A program made the translations under genes and the position numbers. Source: an uncultured Acidimicrobiales bacterium (GTDB lineage Bacteria > Actinomycetota > Acidimicrobiia > Acidimicrobiales > VFJN01). From it: a stretch of DNA of 64,000 nucleotides. Positions 54,896 to 64,000 of this stretch are shown piece after piece (position 1 is the first letter of the stretch; the number at the start of each line of letters is the position of its first letter). The notes under the pieces are model-generated. The model was not told the origin of the DNA, did not search any database, and worked only from the letters and a program-made list of their open reading frames with translations. The stretch is from the NCBI GenBank assembly GCA_963735375.1, contig CAVTKS010000007.1, positions 10,434 through 74,433 of the forward strand, read 5' to 3'.

Positions 54896-55780
54896 ATGCC
54901 ACCACTGAGCCCGGGTCGGCGTACTGCCACCCTGGCCGCCATGTGCCTGGCCGTCGCCATGATCGTCGCCGGCGTCGCCAGCCTGAACAACGCCCTCCCC
55001 CACATCGCCGAGGATCTCCACGTCAGCCACACCGGCCAGCAGTGGATCATCGACGCCTACGCCGTCGCGCTCGCGGCGCTGCTGCTCCCGTTCGGGGCGC
55101 TCGGCGACCGTTTCGGCCGCAGGCTCTTCTTGCTCGCCGGTGTCGGCATCTTCGCCGCCTCCAGTGCTGTCGCGGCCACTGCCACCAGCGGCGGGGCGCT
55201 CATCGGGGCGCGGGCCGCCATGGGTGTGGGCGCGGCGTTCGCCATGCCCGGCACGCTGTCGACCATCACCAGCGTCTTCCCGGCGGAGTCGCGGGCCAAG
55301 GCGGTGGGCATCTGGGCGAGGCCGTCGGCCTCGACCCTGTGGGCTCGCTGCTGTCGATAGTCGGCATCGGCGCCGTCGTGCTCGGCATCATCGAGGGTCC
55401 CGAGCGTGGCTGGACCGATCCGGTCACCCTCACCGGCATCGTCGGCGGCGCCCTCGTGCTCGCCGCGTTCGTGCGGGTCGAACTGAGGAGCAAGGCGCCG
55501 CTGCTCGATCCCCGCCTCTTCCGCATCCGGGGGTTCGCCACTGGTTCGGCGTCGTTGTTCCTGCAGTTCTTCGCCATGTTCGGCTCTTTTCTCGTTCATG
55601 GTCGGCATGCGGTGGGCGGTCGTGCTCGGATCGGCCCTGCTGCTCGTGGGCGCCGCGTACGTATGGCTACGCGGGCCGTCCGTCGCCGTCGCCGAGGACG
55701 AGGACGTCCTCGACCTGACCGACGGCGCCACCGACGGCCTCGACGTTGCCTTGGCCCCCGCGCCTGCAGAAGCCGGCTGA
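54896..55780 (+). pseudogene. DHA2 (EmrB/QacA) MFS transporter remnant with two internal deletions
   Basis: QWIIDAY, GALGDRFGRR, then a jump at VGIW (~55315) to LDPVG..PLLDPRLF, and a jump at FFAMFG (~55585) to the terminal helix. Confidence 0.75.
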
Positions 55781-55799
55781 ATCCGGCAGGCTGACCGGC

Positions 55800-56453
55800 A
55801 TGGACGTCGCCATCGCCGGTGGACACGGACAGGTCGCCCTGCGCCTGGAACGCCTCTTGTCGGGCGCAGGGCACCGGTCCCGGGCCATCATCCGCAACCC
55901 CGACCACGCCGCCGACGTCGACGCGGCCGGCGCGGTACCGGTCGTCCTCGATCTCGAAGCGGTCTCGGGGGTGGCCGACCTCGCCGACGCGGTGCGCGGC
56001 GCAGACGCTGTCGTGTTCGCGGCCGGCGCCGGCCCCGGCAGCGGGGCGGACCGCAAGCGGACCGTCGACTTCGGCGCTGCCGTCAAGCTGATCGCCGCCG
56101 CACAGGCCGCGGGCGTCGACCGCTACGTGCTGGTGTCGACGCTGGGCGCCGACCGCCCCGACGCCGGGGGCGAGGCCATGCGGCCCTACTTCGAGGCCAA
56201 GGGCGAGGCGGAGGACGCGCTGCGAGCGACGGACCTGGCGTGGACGATCGTGCGTCCGGGCTCGCTCACGAACGACCTCGGCACCGGTCGTGTGACGGTC
56301 GCCGAACGGTTGGGCGAGCGGGGGTCGATCCCGCGCGACGACGTGGCCGCCGTCCTGCTGACCGTTCTCGGTGCCCCCGGCACGATCGGCCGCACCCTCG
56401 AGGTGATCTCCGGCGACACGCCGATCGCCGACGCCCTCGCCGCGCCGGCGTGA
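55800..56453 (+). CDS. NAD(P)H-binding SDR/NmrA-like oxidoreductase
   Basis: IAGGHGQVA, VVFAAGAG, YFEAK, TIVRPG, IPRDDVA. Confidence 0.85.
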   Translation: MDVAIAGGHGQVALRLERLLSGAGHRSRAIIRNPDHAADVDAAGAVPVVLDLEAVSGVADLADAVRGADAVVFAAGAGPGSGADRKRTVDFGAAVKLIAAAQAAGVDRYVLVSTLGADRPDAGGEAMRPYFEAKGEAEDALRATDLAWTIVRPGSLTNDLGTGRVTVAERLGERGSIPRDDVAAVLLTVLGAPGTIGRTLEVISGDTPIADALAAPA

Positions 56454-56471
56454 GCCCGACGGTGGTGCGGT

Positions 56472-59178
56472 TCAGCCCTTGGCGTCGGCCCAGGTGGCGC
56501 CGAACGACAGGTTGACCTCGAGGGGCACGCTCAGCTCGACCGCACCCGACATGGCGTCGACGACCAGCTTGGTTGCCGCGTCGTGCTCGGCCGGCGGCAC
56601 GTCGAGCAGCACCTCGTCGTGGACCTGCAGGATGAGCACGCTGTCCATCGCCCCGCTCCTCCAGCGCCGTCTCGATGCGCACCAGCGCCACCTTGAAGAT
56701 GTCGGCGGCCAGGCCCTGGATGCCGGCGTTCATCGCCTGGCGCTCACCGGCCTGGCGTATGCGGTAATTCGGCGACGACAGCTCGGGGATCTGCCGGCGG
56801 CGCCCGAACAGGGTCTCGGTGTAGCCGCGCTGACGGGCCTCGGCCACCGTGCGGTCCATGTAGTCGCGCACGGCCGGGAAGGCCTCGAAGTACGCGGCCA
56901 GGATGATCGCCGCTTCCTCGGTCTCGATGTTGAGGCGCTGGCCCAGGCCGTAGGCCTCCATGCCGTAGGCCAGGCCGTAGCTGACCATCTTGGCCTTGGA
57001 GCGCTGCTCGATCGTCACGTCCTCGGGCCCGACGGAGAAGATCCGCGACGCCGTCTCCGTGTGGATGTCGCGCCCCGCGGTGAAGCTCTCGATCAGGCCG
57101 GGGTCCTGCGCCAGGTGGGCGATGCAGCGGAGCTCGATCTGGTTGTAGTCGGCCACGAGCAGCTCGCAGCCGGGCGCGGGCACGAACGCCCGCCGGAACT
57201 CGCGGCCCATCTCACTGCGCACCGGGATGTTGTGCAGGTTCGGCTGGTCGGACGACAGGCGGCCGGTGCGGGCCACCGTCTGGTTGAACGTGGCGTGGAT
57301 GCGGCCGTCGGGCGCGACCTCGGCCAGCAGGCCGTCGCCGTAGGTCGACCGCAGCTTCTCGACCTCGCGGTAGGCCAGCAGGTGGTCGATGATCGGGTGC
57401 TGGCCGGCCAGCTTCTCGAGGGAGGAGGCGTCGGTGGAGTACCCCGTCTTCGTCTTCTTCTGCGGGGTGAGGCCCAGCTTGTCGAACAGGATCTCGCGCA
57501 GCTGCGGGGTCGAGTTGACGTTGAACTCGCCGATGCCGGCGTCGTCCCAGATGGCCTGCCGCAGTGTCTCGACCTCGGACGTCAGCCGGTCGCGCAGCCC
57601 CCGCAGCTCGCCGGCGTCGACACCCACGCCGGCGTGCTCCATGCGGGCGAGCACCCGCACCAGAGGAACCTCGATGTCGTCGTAGAGGCCGCGCAGCGAC
57701 TGGACGTCGAGCGCCTGGGTGAGCGGCTCGACGAGGCGATCGACAGCCAGCGCGTAGCGCGCCGTGCGCAGCGCGGGGCTGACACCCGAGCCCTCGAGGT
57801 CGAGCTGGCCCTCCGCGGCGGCGCCCTCGACCGGCAGCTCGGCCCCGGCGTAGCGGCGCAGCACCTCGTCGAGGAGGTAGCGCGACTCCGCGGGGTCGAG
57901 CAGGTAGGCCGCGATCGCCGTGTCGAGCCCGAGGTAGCGGACGTCGACGCCCAGGTCGAGCAGGGAGCGCATGAGCGCCTTGGCCTGGTGGGCGGCCACG
58001 GGCCGTCCTCCGTCAGCCGGCAGCGCCACCAGCGCGGTGAGCGCGTCGCGGACCGCCGCGTCGGCCAGCACGTCGGCCGGCACCCAGGCGACCTCTCCCG
58101 CGGCGGGGTCGGTCAGGAAGGCGAGGCCCTCGAGCGGCGTGCGCCCCTCGCTGCCCGTCCACGCCGCCGCGACCGCCAGCGGCGCGCCGGCGCCCGCGGT
58201 CCGGGCGGCATCGAGGGCCGCCACCGCGTCGGCGGGCGCGTCGAGCGACGTCACCTCGGCCTCGAGCACCTCGACCGGCTGGCCGCCCAGGCCCAGGTCC
58301 TCGCCCACCGCCTCGGTCAACCGCTCGGCCAGGCTGTGGAACTCGAGGAAGTCGAACAGCCGCCGCACCTCGTCGACGTCGGCCGGCCGCCGGTCGAGCT
58401 CGTCGACCGTCGCCCCCACAGGCGCGTCGCAGATCAGCTGCATGAGCTCGGCGTTCTGACGGACGCTCGCCTCGTGCTCGGCCAGGTTGGCCCGCAGCTT
58501 TGGCGTCTGCTCGTCGAGGTGCTCGAAGATGCGGTCGAGCCCGCCGTACTTGTTGATGAGCTTGGCGGCCGTCTTCTCGCCCACGCCCGGCACGCCGGGC
58601 AGGTTGTCGGACGGGTCGCCGCGCAGGGCCGCGTACTGGAGGTAGAGGTTGGGCGCGACGCCGGTGCGCTCCTCGATGCCGGCCTCGTCGTAGAGGACGT
58701 AGTCGGATACGCCGCGCCGGTTGTAGAGCACCTTGACGTGCGGGTCCTCGACCAGCTGGTACACGTCGCGGTCGCCGGTGACGACGATGACGTCCAGCCC
58801 GGCGTCGCGGCCCTGGGTGGCCAGCGTGGCGATGATGTCGTCGGCCTCGTAGCCCGGCAGGTCCAGCACGGTGATGCCGAGGGTCTCGACGACCTCGCGC
58901 ACCAGGCCCATCTGCTGGCGAAGGATGTCGGGTGCGGCCTCGCGGTTGGCCTTGTACGTGTCGAGGCGCTCGTGGCGGAACGTCGGCTCGGGCCGGTCGA
59001 ACGCCACGGCCATGCGCCGGTGGCCGTGGTCGCGCATCAGGTTGATGAGCATCGACGTGAACCCGAACACCGCGTTGGTGACCTGGCCCGATGCAGTGGC
59101 CAGGTCGGTAGGCAGAGCGAAGAACGCGCGGTAGGTGAGCGAGTTCCCGTCGATGAGGAGGAGCGGATCGCCGGCCAC
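56472..59178 (-). CDS. polA: DNA polymerase I (one +1 frameshift ~56650, probably an assembly error)
   Basis: LIDGNSL, YEADD, GDPSDN, TGRLSS, DYNQIELR, LQVHDE in the shifted frame. Confidence 0.95.
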
Positions 59179-59190
59179 GGGGACGAGCAG

Positions 59191-59799
59191 CTACGCGTCC
59201 GGCTTGATGTCGCCGTCGATGATGCGATGGCTGATGTCGCGCATCGTCACCCGCTCGGACATGGCCCGACGCTGGATGAAGCTGAACGCGGCGTTCTCGT
59301 TCAGGCCGAACTCGTCCATGAGCTTGCCCTTGGCCCGGTCGACGATCTTACGGGTCTCCAGCTGCTCCTCGAGGCTGGCCGTCTGGTCGTGCAGCGCCCG
59401 GATCTCCTTGAAACGCCCGAGGGCGACCTCGACCGCGGGCACCAGCTCGCTGCGCTCGAACGGCTTGACCAGGTAGGCGAGCGCGCCGGCGTCGCGAGCC
59501 TGCTCGATGAGGTCGCGCTGGCTGAACGCCGTGAGGATGAGCACGGCGGCCCGGCGCTCGCCCGCGATCTCGCGGGCGGCGGCCAGCCCGTCGAGGCCCG
59601 GCATCTTGATGTCGAGGATCGCGAGGTCGGGCTCGAGCTCGCGCACGAGCTTGACCGCCTCGTCGCCACGGCCGGTCTCGCCGACGACCTCGTAGCCCTC
59701 TTCCTCGAGGGTCTCCTTGAGGTCGAGGCGGATGATGGCCTCGTCCTCGGCGATGACGACGCGTGTAGCCAAGGGCGTTCCTTTCGATTGGCTCTGCAC
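59191..59799 (-). CDS. ANTAR-domain response regulator (PdtaR-like)
   Basis: IAEDE, ILDIKMP, YLVKPF; ANTAR RKIVDRAKGKLM..AFSFIQRRAM. Confidence 0.9.
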   Translation of the reverse strand: MQSQSKGTPLATRVVIAEDEAIIRLDLKETLEEEGYEVVGETGRGDEAVKLVRELEPDLAILDIKMPGLDGLAAAREIAGERRAAVLILTAFSQRDLIEQARDAGALAYLVKPFERSELVPAVEVALGRFKEIRALHDQTASLEEQLETRKIVDRAKGKLMDEFGLNENAAFSFIQRRAMSERVTMRDISHRIIDGDIKPDA

Positions 59800-59801
59800 T
59801 T

Positions 59802-60101
59802 CTAGCGCGACTTCGACTCGGCCACGAACCGGTCGAGCAGCTCGTCCTGGTCGCGCTCCAACTTTGCGATCTCGGCCTCGACCTTGGCGCGGTGCTTGCG
59901 CATCGCTTCGGCGTGCCGGTCGGCCTGGCGGTGGTCGTGGTCGGCCACCGGCGTCTCGGACACCAGGGCGCGGAGGCGCGCGTCGTCCGCGGCATCGGCG
60001 AGGTGGGTGAGTTGCTCAGCACTGACCGCGAGCTCGCCACGCAACTGCCGGAGCCGTTCGCCGACCTGGCTGAGGCGCCGCTCGACCGACGACTTGGACA
60101 T
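59802..60101 (-). CDS. Hypothetical coiled-coil protein
   Basis: 99 aa helical ORF; TAAACT -10 lies 6 nt before the ATG. Confidence 0.6.
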   Translation of the reverse strand: MSKSSVERRLSQVGERLRQLRGELAVSAEQLTHLADAADDARLRALVSETPVADHDHRQADRHAEAMRKHRAKVEAEIAKLERDQDELLDRFVAESKSR

Positions 60102-60256
60102 GGGTCGAGTTTAGGTGGCGCGACGCCTCCGGCCTGCCGTCATGGGAGACGTGAGCCACGCCGTCGGCAACGGCGGGGCCGCACACCACCGTCCACGCGC
60201 AGCGCGCACGGACGGAGACGCACGGAGCCATCCGCGTACGGGTACCGTGCGCGGCG

Positions 60257-62092
60257 ATGGCCACCGACCCCTGGGGCATCGACGACGGATACTTCGACGT
60301 GGACGGCACCTGGCACGCCACATCGTCCGAGACGCGGTCCGCTCTGCGGGCCGCCATGAGCGGTGACGGCGACGGCGACGAGCCACCGCCTCCCGAGCGG
60401 CCACTGTGGGTGGCGCGGGCGGGGGCGGCGGAACCGCTGCTCGGCCCGTGCGAGCTCCGGCTGGAGGACGGCGAGACCCGACGGGCCGAGGGCGCGCTGC
60501 CGGCCGACATGCCGATCGGCTACCACGAGCTGCATCCGCTCGACGGCGGACCGGTGACCCGGCTGATCGCCACCCCCGGCCGGTGCCACCTGCCCGACGA
60601 CCTGCGGGCGTGGCTCCTGTCCGTGCAGCTGCCCGGCTGCCGGTCTGCGGAGAGCTGGGGAATCGGCGACCTGGCCGACCTGCGGGCGATCAGCACATGG
60701 GCGGCGGGCCGGGGCGCCGGGATGGTGGCGGTCAACCCCCTGCACGCACCCCTGCCGGTCGATCGTGTCGAGCCCAGCCCGTACCACCCGTCGAGCCGGC
60801 GGTGGTCGAACCCGCTGGCCCTGCGCATCGAGGAGCTACCCGGCGCAGCCGGCGACCCCAGTATCGGCGAGCTGGGCGCCCGGGCGCGTCGACTCAACCG
60901 GGCGCCCCTGGTTGATCGTGACCAGGTCTGGGACCTGAAGCGCCGCGCGCTCGACCTGCTGTGGGAGCGCACCGGGTCGGACCTGCGCTTCGAGCGCTGG
61001 CGCGAGGCGATGGGCGACGAGCTCGAGACGTACGCCCGCTTCTGCACGCTCGCCGAGCACCACGGCCGCGGGTGGCACGACTGGCCGCCCGAGCATCGCC
61101 ACCCCGAGCTGCCCGGTGTGGCGTCCTTCGCCGCCGGCCGGGCCGATCGCGTGGCCTTCTGGGCCTGGGTCCAGTTCGTGGTCGACGAGCAGCTGCGGCG
61201 AGCCGAGGAGCCGCTGCCGTTGCTGACCGACCTGGCGATCGGCGTCGACCCCGACGGCGCCGACGCCTGGGCCATGCAGGGGTTGCTGGCGCACGGCGTG
61301 CGGGTCGGGGCGCCGCCCGACGAGTTCAACCGCGCCGGGCAGGACTGGGGGCTCCCGCCCTTCGTCCCCCACACGCTCCGCGCCACCGGCTACACCGCGC
61401 CGGCGTCGTTGTGGCGGGCGGCGATGGGCCACGGCGGCGGTCTGCGCATCGACCATGCGATGGGCCTCTTCCGCCTGTTCTGGATCCCCCCGGGCGGCGG
61501 GCCCGCGGACGGCGCCTACGTCCGCTACCGGGGTGACGAGATGCTCGCCGTGCTCGCCATCGAGAGCGCCCGTGCTGGTGCGGTCGTCGTGGGCGAGGAC
61601 CTGGGAACCGTCGAGCCCGAGGTGCGCACCGCGCTCGCGGACGCCGGCGTGCTGTCGTACCGGCTCGTGTGGTTCGAGGACGAGCCGCCCGAGCGCTACC
61701 CCGCCCAGGCCCTGGCGGCGGTCACGACGCACGACCTGCCCACGATCGCGGGCGTGTGGTCGGGCGAGGACGCCGCCGACCAGCGCGCGGCCGGCGTCGA
61801 ACCGGACGAGGCCGCCCTCGAACGCCTGAAGGGCAAGCTGATGGGGGTGACCGACCTGGGCCCGGAGGCGCCGGTCGAGGACGTGATCGTGGCGGCACAC
61901 GCCCGGCTGGCCCGGGCACCGAGCGCCCTCGTCGCCGCCACCATGGAGGACGCGCTCGCCCTGCGCCAGCGCCCCAACCTGCCGGGCACCACCCACGAGC
62001 GCCCCAACTGGTCGATGACGTTGCCCCTGCCCCTGGCCGAGGTCTTCACCGATCCCCTGGTGTCACGCGTCATCGGCGCCATGCACCGCTGA
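60257..62092 (+). CDS. malQ: 4-alpha-glucanotransferase (amylomaltase, GH77)
   Basis: NPLHA, SPYHPSSR, DLAIGV, GAPPD, GQDWG, RIDHAMG, GEDLG, TTHDLPT, NLPGT. Confidence 0.93.
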   Translation: MATDPWGIDDGYFDVDGTWHATSSETRSALRAAMSGDGDGDEPPPPERPLWVARAGAAEPLLGPCELRLEDGETRRAEGALPADMPIGYHELHPLDGGPVTRLIATPGRCHLPDDLRAWLLSVQLPGCRSAESWGIGDLADLRAISTWAAGRGAGMVAVNPLHAPLPVDRVEPSPYHPSSRRWSNPLALRIEELPGAAGDPSIGELGARARRLNRAPLVDRDQVWDLKRRALDLLWERTGSDLRFERWREAMGDELETYARFCTLAEHHGRGWHDWPPEHRHPELPGVASFAAGRADRVAFWAWVQFVVDEQLRRAEEPLPLLTDLAIGVDPDGADAWAMQGLLAHGVRVGAPPDEFNRAGQDWGLPPFVPHTLRATGYTAPASLWRAAMGHGGGLRIDHAMGLFRLFWIPPGGGPADGAYVRYRGDEMLAVLAIESARAGAVVVGEDLGTVEPEVRTALADAGVLSYRLVWFEDEPPERYPAQALAAVTTHDLPTIAGVWSGEDAADQRAAGVEPDEAALERLKGKLMGVTDLGPEAPVEDVIVAAHARLARAPSALVAATMEDALALRQRPNLPGTTHERPNWSMTLPLPLAEVFTDPLVSRVIGAMHR

Positions 62093-62095
62093 TGC

Positions 62096-63508
62096 TCAGG
62101 ATCCCGTCGTGGACCAGTGCCACGGCTCGCTGGGCAGGTTGTACAGCCCGAAGCGGGCGGCGTTGGCCTCCAGCCAACGGAAGCACCGCCCCGAGCGCGA
62201 GCGGACCAGAGCCCTGTCGCAGCTGAAGTCGACCGCCAGGCCACGTTCGTGCATCGAGCTGCCCGGGCGGGCCGTCGGCGGCGAGCAGCTCGCCGCCGGC
62301 ATCTCGTAGACGGCGTAGTCGCTGGTGCCGCAATGGGCTCGCCGCAGTTCGATCTGGCGGGCGTGGTCCCGGTAGCCGCCGCCGGTGAGCCGGACACCGT
62401 CGGCCTGGGCGGCTGCCAGCATCCCCTCGAGCTGATGGGCGATCGCGGTGCTGACCGTGATGCCCCGCACGGTCACCAGGTCGAGATCGGACGACACGCC
62501 CGGCGGGAGCGCGACCGGGCCGCTCGACGGGGGCGCGATCTCGGCGGCCTCGTCGGGATCGGGCGCGAGGTCGGCCGGCTCCTGGACCCCTACGACGTGA
62601 CCCCGGTCGTTGATGCCGAGCGGGAGGGACCACGGTGCATCCGCGACGGCGACCGGCGTGAAGGGCCCGTCGGCCCCTCCTGCCAGCAGGAAGCCGCTCG
62701 CTCCCGCCGTCGCGGTCTCCTCGGTCGAGTATCCGACGATCTGACCCGCATCGTTGATGCCCAGCGGGACGGTCGTCGCGGCGCCGGGCGCGGCGAGGGT
62801 CGTGACGCGGCCGTCGCTCAGCAGGACCCCCCGCAGCGCTCCCGCGCGATCGCGGCTCAGGCCCACCACGTCACCTCGATCGTTGATGTCGACGGGCGTG
62901 ACTGCCGCAGTCGTCGGGCCCTCGAGCGGGCTGAACCGGCCGTCGCGCCACACGAACCCGTGCGTCCTCCCGCGTTCGTCGACGTAGTAGCCGACCACGT
63001 CGCCGCGGTCGTTGATGCCCGTCGGCAACGTGCCGGTCGCGTCCGGATGGTCGATCCTGGTGACCGTGTCGCCGTTCCGCAGGTAGCCGCGGACCCGGGC
63101 GCTGTCGTCGACGAACGGCGTGTCCTCGCTGTAGCGGCCCACGACCTGGCCACGATCGTTGATCTTGACGGCCTCGGTTCCCCGGGCGCCGGCCACGTCG
63201 AAGGTGGTGATCGTGCCCGTCTCGTCTCTGACGAATCCGGACTCACCGTCCGGCCGGACATATGCGCCGGTGAGGGCCCCACGGTCGTTGATGCCGCTCG
63301 GGACGATCCCCACGGCGGCACCTCGGGCCTCGACCGTCGTGTAGCGATCGGCGCTGAACAGGAACCCGACGGTGTGGCTGTCGAGCACGTCTTCCGCCGA
63401 CGCGCCGGCCGGCGCCCAGGCGGCCGTGGTGACGAGAGCGACGGCCGCAGCGGCCAGAGCGGCAACGACACGGTGGACGCCGGCGCGCGTCGTGCTGATC
63501 CAGGACAC
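62096..63508 (-). CDS. Secreted HAF-repeat protein with C-terminal M15 (VanY-like) D,D-carboxypeptidase domain
   Basis: Signal peptide; six xIND(R/A)G repeats; GGYR, SMHERGLAVD (SxHxxGxAxD), EPWHW. Confidence 0.8.
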   Translation of the reverse strand: MSWISTTRAGVHRVVAALAAAAVALVTTAAWAPAGASAEDVLDSHTVGFLFSADRYTTVEARGAAVGIVPSGINDRGALTGAYVRPDGESGFVRDETGTITTFDVAGARGTEAVKINDRGQVVGRYSEDTPFVDDSARVRGYLRNGDTVTRIDHPDATGTLPTGINDRGDVVGYYVDERGRTHGFVWRDGRFSPLEGPTTAAVTPVDINDRGDVVGLSRDRAGALRGVLLSDGRVTTLAAPGAATTVPLGINDAGQIVGYSTEETATAGASGFLLAGGADGPFTPVAVADAPWSLPLGINDRGHVVGVQEPADLAPDPDEAAEIAPPSSGPVALPPGVSSDLDLVTVRGITVSTAIAHQLEGMLAAAQADGVRLTGGGYRDHARQIELRRAHCGTSDYAVYEMPAASCSPPTARPGSSMHERGLAVDFSCDRALVRSRSGRCFRWLEANAARFGLYNLPSEPWHWSTTGS

Positions 63509-63584
63509 GTCAGGACTCCTCGATCGGGCGGCTGTCTCGACTCCACGCGCATTCGGAGCCGCCGGCCCAACCGGATCGAGGTCG

Positions 63585-64000
63585 TCAGGTGTCGTTCTCG
63601 CCGTGGACGAACGTCCGCAGGAGGTCGCGCACCTCGTCGTCGCTCACCTGGGTGAAGTCGCCGTACCACGGCCCGACCGCTCGGAAGCCGGGCGGGGTGA
63701 GCACGCATTCGAGGCGGTCGGCCACCCTGGCGACGGCGGCTGCCGCCTCGACCGACGCCACCGGCACCGCGGCGACGAGCGACCGGGGCGACTGGCGGCG
63801 CACCACGTCGACGGCCACGCGCATCGTCGCGCCGGTCGCCATGCCGTCGTCGACGATGACGACCGCGCGCCCCTGGATCGTCTCGGCCTCGCGCCCACCG
63901 CGGAACTGGCCGGCGCGTCGGGCGAGCACCGCCACGTGGCGGCGGGCGAGCTCGGCGACCTCCTGTCCGGACAGTCCGACCGCGGCGATCACCGACGGGT
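63585..64000 (-). CDS. Phosphoribosyltransferase-family protein, 5'-truncated by window edge
   Basis: VIVDDGMATGATM PRPP motif, AVPV, FRAVGPWYGDFTQVSD. Confidence 0.85.
   Translation of the reverse strand, partial: PSVIAAVGLSGQEVAELARRHVAVLARRAGQFRGGREAETIQGRAVVIVDDGMATGATMRVAVDVVRRQSPRSLVAAVPVASVEAAAAVARVADRLECVLTPPGFRAVGPWYGDFTQVSDDEVRDLLRTFVHGENDT

Noticed and set aside
56640-56660. polA (and uvrA ~44745) as pseudogenes or programmed frameshifts
   Set aside because: Single extra bases in otherwise intact conserved genes with no slippery motif; most simply assembly indels.
56479-59805. Long + strand ORFs opposite polA, pgk/gap, uvrB, coxL and oppA
   Set aside because: Stop-poor antisense frames expected at this GC content and codon bias; no recognisable motifs.

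Overview
This is a high-GC actinobacterial chromosome segment, and the gene content and order suggest Acidimicrobiia (inference). The left ~11 kb is an accessory island: F420-type LLM oxidoreductases, amidohydrolases, transporters, a truncated GH3, a truncated DUF3800-like gene with a structured RNA downstream, and a large serine recombinase whose 3' end runs into tRNA-Leu(GAG). The rest is mostly core genome. It holds a form II CODH/xanthine-dehydrogenase-like cluster with two large subunits, secG, an Opp/Dpp ABC system, tpiA-pgk-gap, yvcK-rapZ with no whiA, uvrC, nadA, a GH65/beta-PGM pair, uvrA, uvrB, coaE, rpsA, polA, an ANTAR regulator and malQ. The strongest non-genic signal is a dispersed 74-79 bp repeat family at five gene junctions. 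At four of them each unit is a 25-26 aa mini-ORF whose stop overlaps the next start by ATGA/GTGA, which relays translational coupling in a MIRU-like way but apparently with a different sequence. Other signals are a candidate NAD+-I (nadA-motif)-like riboswitch before nadA, a DUF3800-associated RNA, and a LexA box at uvrA versus a PafBC-type promoter at uvrB. Isolated +1 frameshifts in polA and uvrA point to assembly indel errors. All calls come from reading the sequence by eye; no searches were run.
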